Assembly (NCBI GenBank): GCA_964421015.1
Contig: CAYQUS010000002.1
Span: forward strand, 8,538 to 72,537
From: an uncultured Planctomycetia bacterium
GTDB lineage: Bacteria > Omnitrophota > Gorgyraeia > Tantalellales > Tantalellaceae
Reading direction: 5' to 3'
Length of the DNA: 64,000 nucleotides
The notes under the pieces were generated by a model. It saw only the letters and a program-made list of their open reading frames with translations. It ran no database searches and was not told the origin of the DNA. Numbering within the stretch: position 1 is the first letter of the stretch; every line of letters starts with the position of its first letter. Shown here in pieces: positions 55,451 to 64,000 of the stretch. The translations under genes and the position numbers were made by a program.

Positions 55451-57487
55451 TTACCTAAAACTTACGGCAAGTTTTACGGAAAGTTCGCTTTTTACCGCCG
55501 AATGGGCCGCCTCTACTTCCTGGTCGGTAAGCGTCCTGTCGGCAACCCCGTAAGTTATCCTGAAACTCACGCTTTTCTTCCCGTCCGGGATCTGTTTGCC
55601 CTCGTACATATCAGTTATTTCAACTTCTCTGGCAAGCCCTTTCGCGCTTTCCGTTATAACTTCCTTTATGTCCGCGGCCCTGGTCTTTTTTTCGCACAAT
55701 ACGGAAACATCCCTTGAAGAGAAGGGGAACCTGGGCACGGGAGAATAGGCTCCTTTTAAAACGGCTTTGCCTAGAAATTCCGTAAGCTCTATTTCCGCGA
55801 CGAACACTCTCTGGTTTATTCCGTAAACGCCGAGTTTCTCCGCGGCGACTTCGCCGATAAATCCTGTTTGTGTCCCTTGGGCAAGAATGGCGGCCGCGTT
55901 GGTAAATCCGTCAGTTTCTCTGGGCTCAAAACAAATGCCGACCCTGAGATGTTCCGCCAGGTTCTCGATAACTCCCTTAAGCCTGTATATGTCGGCTTTT
56001 CTCTCTCCTTCCGCCCAGCTCCTGGAAGCAAGCCCTGTCATTCCCACGCAAAGCACCGGTTTTTCCGCAAAACCCGTACCGTCCTGGTTTCTTGTGTATC
56101 TCTTGCCGGATTCGAACAGCATAAGGTCCCGGTTGCCTCTATTGAGGTTCCACACCATTGCCTTCATCATGCCGTCAACAAGATGCGGTGTAAGCATCTC
56201 CTGTTCCGCGGATAGGGGATTTTTTATTCTGACCTCGTTCTTTACAAGCTCCGGGAAATTATAAGCCGCTTTCTGGCTTATCATACTGTAGGTCATTATC
56301 TCATTAAGCCCCATCGCCGCAAGAAGCCTTTTGACCTTTTCCAAAGCCATCCTGTCCCGGGTTTTTCTCTCTCTCCACGGCGCCGGCACCGGTACCGTCT
56401 CGGATATACGATGGTAACCGTATATCCTGGCTATCTCTTCTATAATGTCTATCTCCCTGGAAACGTCTTCTCTGAAACTCGGCACCTTCACTTTCATTTT
56501 GCCGCCCGACAGAACGGACACTCCCATTCCAAGGCTTTCAAGTATCCTCTTAGCCGTCTCTCCGTCAAGCGGAAGGCCGAGTACTGCGGCGGCCCTCGCC
56601 GTGTCGATTTCTATTTCTTTTTCGTCTCCGCCGTAAGACCCAGAATCATAGATCTCTCCAGGGATCCCTCCCGCGTGCTCAAGTATAAGACCTGCCGCCC
56701 TCGCGGAAGCCTTTATGACCCATCCCTTGTCCACTCCTCTTTCGAAACGGTAGCTGGAATCCGTCGAGATCCCGAGGGCTCTGGAAGTCCTGCGGACAGA
56801 AACGGGATCGAAATAGGCGCTTTCGAGAAGGATATTTCTGGTGTTCCCGGTCACCTCGGTATCTTTCCCTCCCATGACCCCCGCTACGGCGATGGGTCTT
56901 TCCGCGTCGGCAATGACCAGCATATTTTCCGCCAGCTCTCTTTCTTCCCCGTCGATCGTGACGATCTTTTCGCCTTTACGGGCCGTCCTTACTTCTACTC
57001 TTGCGCCTTTTATCTTGTCGAGATCAAAAGCGTGGAGAGGCTGTCCCGTCTCCATGAGACAGAAATTGGTTATATCGACCACGTTGTTTACTTTCCTCAT
57101 CCCCAAGGCCTCTAATCTGTCGGATATTTTACCGGCAATATCCTTCACATTCACTCCCTCGATTATCCTGGCGGTATATCTCGGGCAAAGTTCCGGAGCC
57201 TTTATATCGCACCTTACCGAAAGCCTCGCTTTTCCCTCTTTCGGAAGATCTTTCGGGAAGGGTATCGAGATTTTAGCTCCGGCAACAGCCGCCGCTTCCC
57301 GCGCGAGGCCTATCATGTTAAGGCAGTCGGGACGGTTTGACGTTATCTCTAGCTCCATTACCGTATCGCCTTTCACCTTAGAGCATGAGCCGACCTCGGA
57401 TCCGCTCATGGTAAGTTTCTCGGCAAGAGCTTCCGGCCCCTCTTTTATATCCGCGTAGTCCTTTATCCAGTTATAACTGAGTTTCAT
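55451..57487 (-). CDS. pheT: phenylalanine--tRNA ligase beta subunit (short form, lacks the N-terminal tRNA-binding domain)
   Basis: B3/B4, B5 and FDX-ACB domains are recognisable. It follows pheS directly. Confidence 0.85.
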   Translation of the reverse strand: MKLSYNWIKDYADIKEGPEALAEKLTMSGSEVGSCSKVKGDTVMELEITSNRPDCLNMIGLAREAAAVAGAKISIPFPKDLPKEGKARLSVRCDIKAPELCPRYTARIIEGVNVKDIAGKISDRLEALGMRKVNNVVDITNFCLMETGQPLHAFDLDKIKGARVEVRTARKGEKIVTIDGEERELAENMLVIADAERPIAVAGVMGGKDTEVTGNTRNILLESAYFDPVSVRRTSRALGISTDSSYRFERGVDKGWVIKASARAAGLILEHAGGIPGEIYDSGSYGGDEKEIEIDTARAAAVLGLPLDGETAKRILESLGMGVSVLSGGKMKVKVPSFREDVSREIDIIEEIARIYGYHRISETVPVPAPWRERKTRDRMALEKVKRLLAAMGLNEIMTYSMISQKAAYNFPELVKNEVRIKNPLSAEQEMLTPHLVDGMMKAMVWNLNRGNRDLMLFESGKRYTRNQDGTGFAEKPVLCVGMTGLASRSWAEGERKADIYRLKGVIENLAEHLRVGICFEPRETDGFTNAAAILAQGTQTGFIGEVAAEKLGVYGINQRVFVAEIELTEFLGKAVLKGAYSPVPRFPFSSRDVSVLCEKKTRAADIKEVITESAKGLAREVEITDMYEGKQIPDGKKSVSFRITYGVADRTLTDQEVEAAHSAVKSELSVKLAVSFR

Positions 57488-57496
57488 CTTATCCGC

Positions 57497-58516
57497 CTAA
57501 ATGAACTGCCTTAAGAACCTGATATCATTGTCGTAAAAAAACCTTATGTCTTCCACTCCGTAAAGAAGCATCGCTATTCTCTCCACTCCCATCCCGAAAG
57601 CAAAACCTGTATATTCTTTTTCGCCGTACCCTACCGCCTCGAAAACCTTCGGGTCCACCATCCCGGACCCCAGTATTTCCAGCCACCCGCTGTTCTTGCA
57701 TACCCTGCACCCTCTTCCGCCGCATATTATGCAGGTTATATCCACCTCGGCGCTTGGTTCCGTGAACGGGAAAAAATGAGGCCTTAATCGCGTTTTGGTC
57801 GATTCTCCGAACATGGCCCTGCAAAACCCTCCGAGTACCCCCTTAAGGTCAGAGAACCTGATATCTTTATCCACCATAAGCCCCTCCACCTGGTGGAACA
57901 TAAAACAATGCGAGGCGTCCACCGCGTCCGGCCTGTAAACCCTGCCCGGCATTATGACCTGCAGCGGCGGCTTTTCTTTCTGCATTACGTGTATCTGTAC
58001 GTTTGAAGTATGGCTTCTGAGAAGCGTCTCCCCTTCTATATAAAACGTGTCGAACGCGTCCCTTGAGGGGTGATCGAGCGGGATATTAAGCGCCTCAAAA
58101 TTATAGAATTCCGTCTCTATCTCCGGACCTTCCGCTATGGAAAACCCCATGGAGATAAAAATATCGTTTATTCTGTCCATGACCTGCGTAAGGGGGTGCA
58201 GGGCTCCCGGAGAAAGGGCCGATCCGGGCATGGTTATATCTAGACCTCCATCCTCGTCCCGACCGGCTCCGGCTAGTTCTTTTTTTCTTTCTTCCAGCCG
58301 CGAGGTTATTTTTCCCCGGAGCTCGTTCGCCGCCTTGCCCGCCTCTTTTTTCTCTTCCGGGGCAAGTTCCGCCAGAGACCTTAGAACACCGGTAAGATCG
58401 GCTTTCCTTCCGAGAAATCTGACCTTGAGGTTTTCAAGCCCGTTTTCGTCCCGGCAAGAAGCGAGATCTTTATCGAAAAGTTCCTCTATTTCTTTTATCC
58501 TCTTTAAAATGCTCAT
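57497..58516 (-). CDS. pheS: phenylalanine--tRNA ligase alpha subunit
   Basis: Class II aaRS motifs (FRLEGLMVDKD, GFAFGMGVERIAML). Confidence 0.9.
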   Translation of the reverse strand: MSILKRIKEIEELFDKDLASCRDENGLENLKVRFLGRKADLTGVLRSLAELAPEEKKEAGKAANELRGKITSRLEERKKELAGAGRDEDGGLDITMPGSALSPGALHPLTQVMDRINDIFISMGFSIAEGPEIETEFYNFEALNIPLDHPSRDAFDTFYIEGETLLRSHTSNVQIHVMQKEKPPLQVIMPGRVYRPDAVDASHCFMFHQVEGLMVDKDIRFSDLKGVLGGFCRAMFGESTKTRLRPHFFPFTEPSAEVDITCIICGGRGCRVCKNSGWLEILGSGMVDPKVFEAVGYGEKEYTGFAFGMGVERIAMLLYGVEDIRFFYDNDIRFLRQFI

Positions 58517-58517
58517 T

Positions 58518-59231
58518 CTACCTTTCCGCCTCTGCGGACTTGAACATATCTCTCAAAGTTTCGATCTTTTCGTTGGAACCAAGAAGCACCAGTATGTCCC
58601 TTTTGCTGACTATATCGTCCGCCTGCGGGTTCACGTTTATATTCTCTTCGGGAATGGGCGCGCCTTGGGCCGTCTCTTCTCCCTTTCTTTTAACAGCTAT
58701 GACATTGACTCCGAAGGTCGCCCTTATATCGAGATCTCTCAGGCTTTTCCCTATGAACTCCCTGGGAGGGACGAACTCTATTATGCTGGCCCCTCCGGCC
58801 AGCCCTATCCGGTCGAGCACGGTCTCTGAAAGCGACACCAGCGTCTCGGCCACGCGCTCTCCCGTGTCCTTTTCCGGCAGAATGACCTTCGTCGCCCCGA
58901 CTTTCTCAAGGACCTTCTTGTGGGCTTTACTCGTCGCCTTGCATATTACTACCGGTATCCCCAGTTCTTTGAGGAGCAGGGTTATCAATATGCTCGATTC
59001 CATGTCGGTCCCTACCCCGCATATCGCCACATCCACGTTATGCAGCCCCACGGACCTGGCGGCTTTTTCGTCAACGGCATCAAGGCATACCGCCTTGGTA
59101 ACATTGTCCATTATGTCATGCACGAGTTCCTCGTTCTTGTCTATTGCCAGCACCTGCTGCCCTTTTTCCGCCAGTGTAAGCGCGACGCTGGAACCGAACC
59201 TGCCAAGACCTATAACCGCGTACTGTTTCAT
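58518..59231 (-). CDS. trkA: Trk/Ktr potassium uptake NAD-binding regulatory subunit
   Basis: Rossmann GLGRFG motif plus a C-terminal RCK/TrkA_C domain. Confidence 0.8.
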   Translation of the reverse strand: MKQYAVIGLGRFGSSVALTLAEKGQQVLAIDKNEELVHDIMDNVTKAVCLDAVDEKAARSVGLHNVDVAICGVGTDMESSILITLLLKELGIPVVICKATSKAHKKVLEKVGATKVILPEKDTGERVAETLVSLSETVLDRIGLAGGASIIEFVPPREFIGKSLRDLDIRATFGVNVIAVKRKGEETAQGAPIPEENINVNPQADDIVSKRDILVLLGSNEKIETLRDMFKSAEAER

Positions 59232-59247
59232 CTTGCCCTCCCGAAGG

Positions 59248-60594
59248 TCACCCGACCATTATGTTCTCTTCCGGATAAAAATATCTCTCGGACTTATCTT
59301 TGAAAGCCACCGCCAGCGCCAGTGTAAGCGGCCCTATCCTGCCGGCGAACATTGTAGCGATAATACAGAGTTTTCCGCCCCAGCTCAGGCTCGAGGTGAT
59401 CCCCGTGGAAAGCCCTACGGTCCCGAAAGCGGAAACCACCTCAAAAAAAACATTCATGAAGTTCCCCCCTACCGCGGGGTTATTCCTCTCAAGAAAGGCC
59501 AGCAAAGTCGTGGCCGCGAACACCCACGCAAGGGCGAGAAATATTATCACCGTGGCTTCTCTTACTATCTGAGAGGTAATGGATCTTCCCAAAAGAGACG
59601 TCTTTTTCCTGTCCTTAAGTATGCAGTACACGCTCGCCGCTATTACCGCCAGAGTGCACGTCTTTATCCCACCCCCGGTAGAACCGGGAGAAGCGCCCAC
59701 GAACATAAGGAACATAATGACCATCTGTGTCGGCATTGACATGCTTGAAACAGGAAGAGTGTTGAACCCGGCCGTTCTTGCCGCCACCGAATGGAACGCC
59801 GAGGCCATAAGCCCCTCTCCCGTTCCCAGATTTTTAAGCGTATTGCCTTTTTCAAGAAAGAAGATAAGCAAGGCGCCCGCCGCTATCAGTATCGCCGAAG
59901 TGGTTATGGCTATTTTGGATTGAAGGCTGAGCCGGCGCGCCGGATGTTTTTTCACAAAAAGCCCGGCTATCTCCATAAGCACGACAAACCCCAGTCCCCC
60001 CAGCACTATGAGGCTCATCATGGTAAAGTTCACGACCGGGTCGGCCCTGTAACCCGTCAGCGAATCCTTAAAAAGCGAAAACCCTGCGTTGCAGAACCCT
60101 GAAACGGAATGGAACAACGCCTGGCGCAAGCTTTCCCCTGCCGTCCACGATGAAACAGCTTTCCATCTGAAAAATAGGGCCGCGGTCCCGGCCGCCTCAA
60201 TGGCTATAGTAAGCCCGAGGATGTAGTACAGCAGCCTCTCAAGGCCGTATACGCTGTTGCGGTCCATGGACCCTTTTATGGTGTCGGTCTCGCTGAAGCC
60301 TATTTTGCGTCCCATGAGCACGGCGAAAAACGTGGAGAATGTCATTATCCCAAGTCCTCCGGCCTGAAAAAGGAGAAGTATCACCCATTCTCCCAAACCC
60401 GAGAACGTTCCGCCCGTATCGACAACGGTCAGCCCGGTAACGCATATAGCGCTGGTTGATGTGAACAGGCTGTCGATAAGGGGAAGTCTGGATCCGCTGG
60501 CTGAAGCCGCCGGCAGGGAAAGAACCACCGCCCCGATGAGGATGAACAAAAGAAAACTCCCAGCAAATATCCGCGGTGGTTTCAGTTTAAGCAT
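59248..60594 (-). CDS. trkH: TrkH/KtrB-family potassium transporter
   Basis: Multi-TM protein with repeated selectivity-filter-like G-rich segments. Adjacent to trkA. Confidence 0.8.
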   Translation of the reverse strand: MLKLKPPRIFAGSFLLFILIGAVVLSLPAASASGSRLPLIDSLFTSTSAICVTGLTVVDTGGTFSGLGEWVILLLFQAGGLGIMTFSTFFAVLMGRKIGFSETDTIKGSMDRNSVYGLERLLYYILGLTIAIEAAGTAALFFRWKAVSSWTAGESLRQALFHSVSGFCNAGFSLFKDSLTGYRADPVVNFTMMSLIVLGGLGFVVLMEIAGLFVKKHPARRLSLQSKIAITTSAILIAAGALLIFFLEKGNTLKNLGTGEGLMASAFHSVAARTAGFNTLPVSSMSMPTQMVIMFLMFVGASPGSTGGGIKTCTLAVIAASVYCILKDRKKTSLLGRSITSQIVREATVIIFLALAWVFAATTLLAFLERNNPAVGGNFMNVFFEVVSAFGTVGLSTGITSSLSWGGKLCIIATMFAGRIGPLTLALAVAFKDKSERYFYPEENIMVG

Positions 60595-60603
60595 AATTGA
60601 GTC

Positions 60604-60951
60604 TTACGCTTTTACCTTGTCCAAAAGCTCCCTGAATGCCTTGGGGTCGTTAGCGGCAAGATCCGCCAGCATTTTTCTGTTAAGGGTGATCTCCGCCTTT
60701 TTCAATCCGTTCATGAACTTGCTGTAAGAGGTCCCGGCAGCCTTGCACGCGGCCGTTATCCTCGTTATCCACAGCGCCCGGAAATCTCCCTTTTTATCTT
60801 TTCTGCCTATGTAGTTGGCTATAAGGCTTTTTCTGACAGCCTCTTTCGCCGTTTTCAGCAGCTTCGATCTTGTCCCTACCTGCCCTTTAACCGTTCTGAA
60901 GATCTTTTTTTTCCGCCTTAGAGAACTCGCGGCGTGTTTTACTTTGGTCAT
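60604..60951 (-). CDS. rplT: 50S ribosomal protein L20
   Basis: Canonical L20 sequence. Confidence 0.95.
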   Translation of the reverse strand: MTKVKHAASSLRRKKKIFRTVKGQVGTRSKLLKTAKEAVRKSLIANYIGRKDKKGDFRALWITRITAACKAAGTSYSKFMNGLKKAEITLNRKMLADLAANDPKAFRELLDKVKA

Positions 60952-60996
60952 TTCTTCTCCTTATTCTTTGTCTCTTCTATTTTTACAATCAGCTTT

Positions 60997-61194
60997 TTAG
61001 CCGTACGGCAGAAGTTTTTTCATCTTCTTCTCGAAGGTCTTGTCTACCGTTGTAGCGGCCCTGAGTCGCCTTTTTCTTTTTCTGCTCTTTTTGGTGAGAA
61101 TGTGCCTGCCCCCCTCTCTCATCCTTTTTACTTTTCCCTTCTTCGTCAGTCTGAGCCTTTTTTTCGCGCCTTTATTTGTCTTTAGTTTCGGCAT
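60997..61194 (-). CDS. rpmI: 50S ribosomal protein L35
   Basis: MPKLKTNKGAKKR... Confidence 0.95.
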   Translation of the reverse strand: MPKLKTNKGAKKRLRLTKKGKVKRMREGGRHILTKKSRKRKRRLRAATTVDKTFEKKMKKLLPYG

Positions 61195-61226
61195 TGTTTT
61201 CCCCTTCTTATTTTGTTTTTCTTTCC

Positions 61227-61793
61227 TTATCCCTGGGCTTCGCCTTTAGGGACTATGGTCATTGTCATCGTCTTTCCTAAGGTCTGCGGGGAACCATCCA
61301 TCTCCCCGAGAGCAGATACGTCCGATGCTATCTTATCTAAAAGCGCCTTCCCCAGGTCCTTGTGCGCGTTCTCTCTTCCCCTGAACCTTAGAGACACCCT
61401 TACCTTATCTTTCGCCCCCAGAAACTCCTTTATATGCTTTAGTTTGACCTGATAGTCATGGTCTTCTATCTGGGGCTTAAATCTTACTTCCTTAAGATGC
61501 GTAACATGCTGTTTTTTCTTTGCCAGTTTCTGTCTTTTTTTCTGCTCATACTTGTACTTGCTGTAATCCATTATCCTGCATACCGGAGGATCGACATTCG
61601 GCGCTACCTCGACAAGATCAAGCCCTCTGTCCTGAGCTTTTAATATGCCTTCGGAAACGCTCACAACCCCCAGCTGGTTGCCCTCATCATCGACCAGTCT
61701 TATTTTAGGAGCTCTTATCTGCTGGTTTATCCTGGTCGTGTCCTGTACCCTGGCGAATTTCTTACCGTAGCTTTTGTTGTCGAATGCGCTAAT
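61227..61793 (-). CDS. infC: translation initiation factor IF-3, AUU start codon
   Basis: The track ORF begins at an internal GTG. Extending the frame upstream gives …KKFARVQDTTRINQQIRAPKIRLVDDEGNQLGV… An in-frame ATT codon lies 7 nt after a GGAGGGG SD, the classic infC arrangement. Confidence 0.8.
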   Translation of the reverse strand: MSAFDNKSYGKKFARVQDTTRINQQIRAPKIRLVDDEGNQLGVVSVSEGILKAQDRGLDLVEVAPNVDPPVCRIMDYSKYKYEQKKRQKLAKKKQHVTHLKEVRFKPQIEDHDYQVKLKHIKEFLGAKDKVRVSLRFRGRENAHKDLGKALLDKIASDVSALGEMDGSPQTLGKTMTMTIVPKGEAQG

Positions 61794-61854
61794 AGTTCCC
61801 CTCCTGGTTTATTTTTATCGACATCACCATTTCAGCTCCCCTAAAAGAGCTGTT

Positions 61855-63636
61855 CTATGCCTTTGCCTTCGTGCTTACTTCCTTGGACAAATTCTCGGCC
61901 AGCTGTTCCACCGTTACCGTCCCCAGATTCCCGTCTTTCCGGCTTCGGAGAGAAACACTCGCCGTTTCCATCTCCCTTGAACCCACGACCGCCATATACG
62001 GCACTTTTTCCATTTCGGCATCGCGTATCTTTCTCTGCATCTTCTCGTCGCGTTCGTCGGTCCTTACCCTGAGCCCCACCGCCTTAAGCGCGGCTTCGAC
62101 CTCTCTTGCGTATTCGTTGTGCGCCGCGGCTATTGGTATTATCCTGACCTGGTCGGGCGCCAGCCACAGGGGAAAATCCCCTCCGTAATGTTCTATGAGG
62201 GCCCCCATGAAACGTTCGAGGCTTCCCAGGATGACCCTGTGCAGCATCACGGGCCGCCTCTCCGAACCGTCGCGGTCGGTATATTTAAGATCAAATCTCT
62301 CGGGCAAAGCGAAATCGCATTGTATAGTAGCGCATTGCCAGGACCTTCCTATTGCATCCTTAAGCTTTATGTCTATTTTGGGGCCGTAGAAAGCTCCGTC
62401 GCCCTCGTTTATATCGTATCTGATCCCTTTTGTCTTTAGAGCGTTCTCAAGGGCTCTGGTGGCTTCTTCCCATGCCTCGCCGGTGCCTATATGTTTTTCG
62501 GGCATAGTGCTGAGCTCCACTTCTATCTCTTTGAACCCGAAAACTTCCAGCGTCTCGTTAACGAACTCTATTACCTTGAGGACCTCTTCTTCCACCTGTT
62601 CTCTAAGACAGAATATGTGGGCGTCGTCCTGGGTGAAACCCCTCACTCTTAAAAGCCCGTGAAGAACCCCTGACTTTTCATGTCTGTAAACGTTCCCAAG
62701 CTCGAAATATCTTATGGGCAGGTCCCTGTAACTTCTCATCTTCGAGGAGTAAACTATTATGTGCCCGGGGCAGTTCATCGGCTTAACGGCGTATTCCTGT
62801 TTCTCGCTTTCAAAGATGTACATGTTGTCTTTATAATAATCGTAGTGCCCCGACCTCATCCATATATCGCTTTTCAGTATCTGCGGGCTTGTTATGAGCT
62901 CGTAGCCTTTCTCTATGTGCCTGGCTGTTATGTAATCGGATATTATCCTTCTAAGCATCGCTCCTTTAGGATGGTATATTACAAGACCCGCCCCGGCCAT
63001 ATCGTTGAAACTGAAAAGATCCATCTCCTTGCCCAGTTTGCGGTGATCTCGCTTAAGGGCTTCTTCTCTGAGGCGCAAAAAATCCTCGAGCTCCGCTTTT
63101 GTCCTGAACGCGGTAGCGTATATGCGCTGCAGCATGGTATTCTCTTCGCTGCCCTTCCAGTATGCTCCGGCTACCGAAAGCAGTTTAAACTCGCCTACCT
63201 GGGAAGTCCTTTCCACATGAGGCCCCTTGCAAAGATCCTTAAAGTCGCCGTGGCTGTAAACGCTCACCGTCTTCTCGCCGGCCAGGTCCTTGAGTATCTC
63301 CGTCTTATAGATCTCCCCGTCTGCTGAAAAGAGTTTTTCCGCCTCGGCCAAGGACATGTCCCTTCTCTCGAACGGCATATCCATCCCTGCGATCTTTTTC
63401 ATCTCTTCCTCTATCCTGGGGAGGTCTTCAGGGGTTATTACCGCCGCTTCCGCTCCTTTTTTGCCGGAGGGACACAAAGAACATGAAGAAAAATCAAAAT
63501 CGTAATAAAAACCGTCCTCTATGGCGGGGCCCATACCGAGCTTCACTCCCGGATAAAGCCTTTTGACCGCGTCGGCCATAACATGCGCCGCCGAATGCCT
63601 TATTTTCTGAAGATCCTCGTCTTTCTTTCTTGCCAT
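61855..63636 (-). CDS. thrS: threonine--tRNA ligase (short N-terminus)
   Basis: Class II core, editing-domain HxxxH (HSAAHVMA) and anticodon-binding domain. Confidence 0.9.
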   Translation of the reverse strand: MARKKDEDLQKIRHSAAHVMADAVKRLYPGVKLGMGPAIEDGFYYDFDFSSCSLCPSGKKGAEAAVITPEDLPRIEEEMKKIAGMDMPFERRDMSLAEAEKLFSADGEIYKTEILKDLAGEKTVSVYSHGDFKDLCKGPHVERTSQVGEFKLLSVAGAYWKGSEENTMLQRIYATAFRTKAELEDFLRLREEALKRDHRKLGKEMDLFSFNDMAGAGLVIYHPKGAMLRRIISDYITARHIEKGYELITSPQILKSDIWMRSGHYDYYKDNMYIFESEKQEYAVKPMNCPGHIIVYSSKMRSYRDLPIRYFELGNVYRHEKSGVLHGLLRVRGFTQDDAHIFCLREQVEEEVLKVIEFVNETLEVFGFKEIEVELSTMPEKHIGTGEAWEEATRALENALKTKGIRYDINEGDGAFYGPKIDIKLKDAIGRSWQCATIQCDFALPERFDLKYTDRDGSERRPVMLHRVILGSLERFMGALIEHYGGDFPLWLAPDQVRIIPIAAAHNEYAREVEAALKAVGLRVRTDERDEKMQRKIRDAEMEKVPYMAVVGSREMETASVSLRSRKDGNLGTVTVEQLAENLSKEVSTKAKA

Positions 63637-63694
63637 TTTGCCTTTCCTCTGACTTCCCGGGGCCTGACTCCGTCAGGCTCTCTTAAAATAAGTA

Positions 63695-63771
63695 TGGTGG
63701 GCGGTACTGGGATCGAACCGGTGACCTCCACGATGTCAACGTGGCGCTCTAACCATCTGAGCTAACCGCCC
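63695..63771 (-). tRNA. tRNA-Val (anticodon GAC)
   Basis: Acceptor stem gggcggt/accgccc. Anticodon loop ttGACat. CCA encoded. Confidence 0.7.
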
Positions 63772-63861
63772 ACTATATCTATTTTTACCTCATTGTTACA
63801 TTATATACAAAACATTTCATTCAGTATACCGCAATCTGCCCTGCGCCGCTCTGCGCCTGAA

Positions 63862-63948
63862 TGGTGGGCGAGGAGGGACTTGAACCCTCACAAGCTTGCG
63901 CCCGAGGGATTTTAAGTCCCTTGCGTCTGCCGATTCCGCCACTCGCCC
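63862..63948 (-). tRNA. tRNA-Leu (anticodon TAA), long variable arm
   Basis: Acceptor stem gggcgag/ctcgccc. Anticodon loop ctTAAaa. CCA encoded. Confidence 0.7.
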
Positions 63949-64000
63949 ACTGGTCGCTTCCGCATTATTTTCCCTGGACCCCGCAAAGCTGTTACCTATA

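Overview
This 64 kb window is a gene-dense bacterial chromosomal segment of about 50% GC, probably from an uncultivated lineage; the organism cannot be named from sequence alone. Most genes lie on the minus strand, and several neighbours overlap by 4 or 11 nt.

The right half is ordinary core genome, which I read with high confidence:
- the thrS-infC-rpmI-rplT-pheS-pheT operon, with infC using the classic AUU start
- trkAH, rarA, a pyruvoyl-dependent arginine decarboxylase, a CDF transporter, a DEAD-box helicase, pyruvate kinase, NrnA, rph-rdgB, a two-subunit class I fumarase and murI
- nine tRNAs: Pro, Leu, Arg and His clustered on the plus strand, and Thr, Phe, Val and Leu on the minus strand

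The first ~7 kb is the unusual part. An IS200/RAYT-like Y1 (HuH) transposase domain is fused in one ORF to a transmembrane helix and a ~100 aa extracytoplasmic domain. Two paralogs of that C-terminal domain sit nearby as stand-alone secreted proteins. The same block holds a 1.2 kb gene-free stretch of nested hairpins and REP/BIME-like palindromes that recur elsewhere in the window. It also holds two copies of a ~150 nt stem-closed element that show a compensatory A-U to G-C change.

Other accessory content:
- an orphan secretin module in the order MerR, ExeA-like ATPase, GspC/PilP-like protein, secretin, coiled-coil/TPR protein
- a 2073 aa predicted secreted giant protein with an embedded eukaryotic-like Ser/Thr kinase domain
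- an exopolysaccharide locus (GT2 synthase, TPR/beta-barrel exporter, GH26-like hydrolase) with a large PAS histidine kinase and two receiver-only regulators embedded in it, bracketed by a duplicated cassette of two overlapping small genes
- a REC-NuoEF-HydA [FeFe]-hydrogenase operon in which the L1 motif reads TSCSPGW

Coordinates I derived by hand from the sequence may be off by about ±1 nt. Coordinates taken from the ORF track are used as given.
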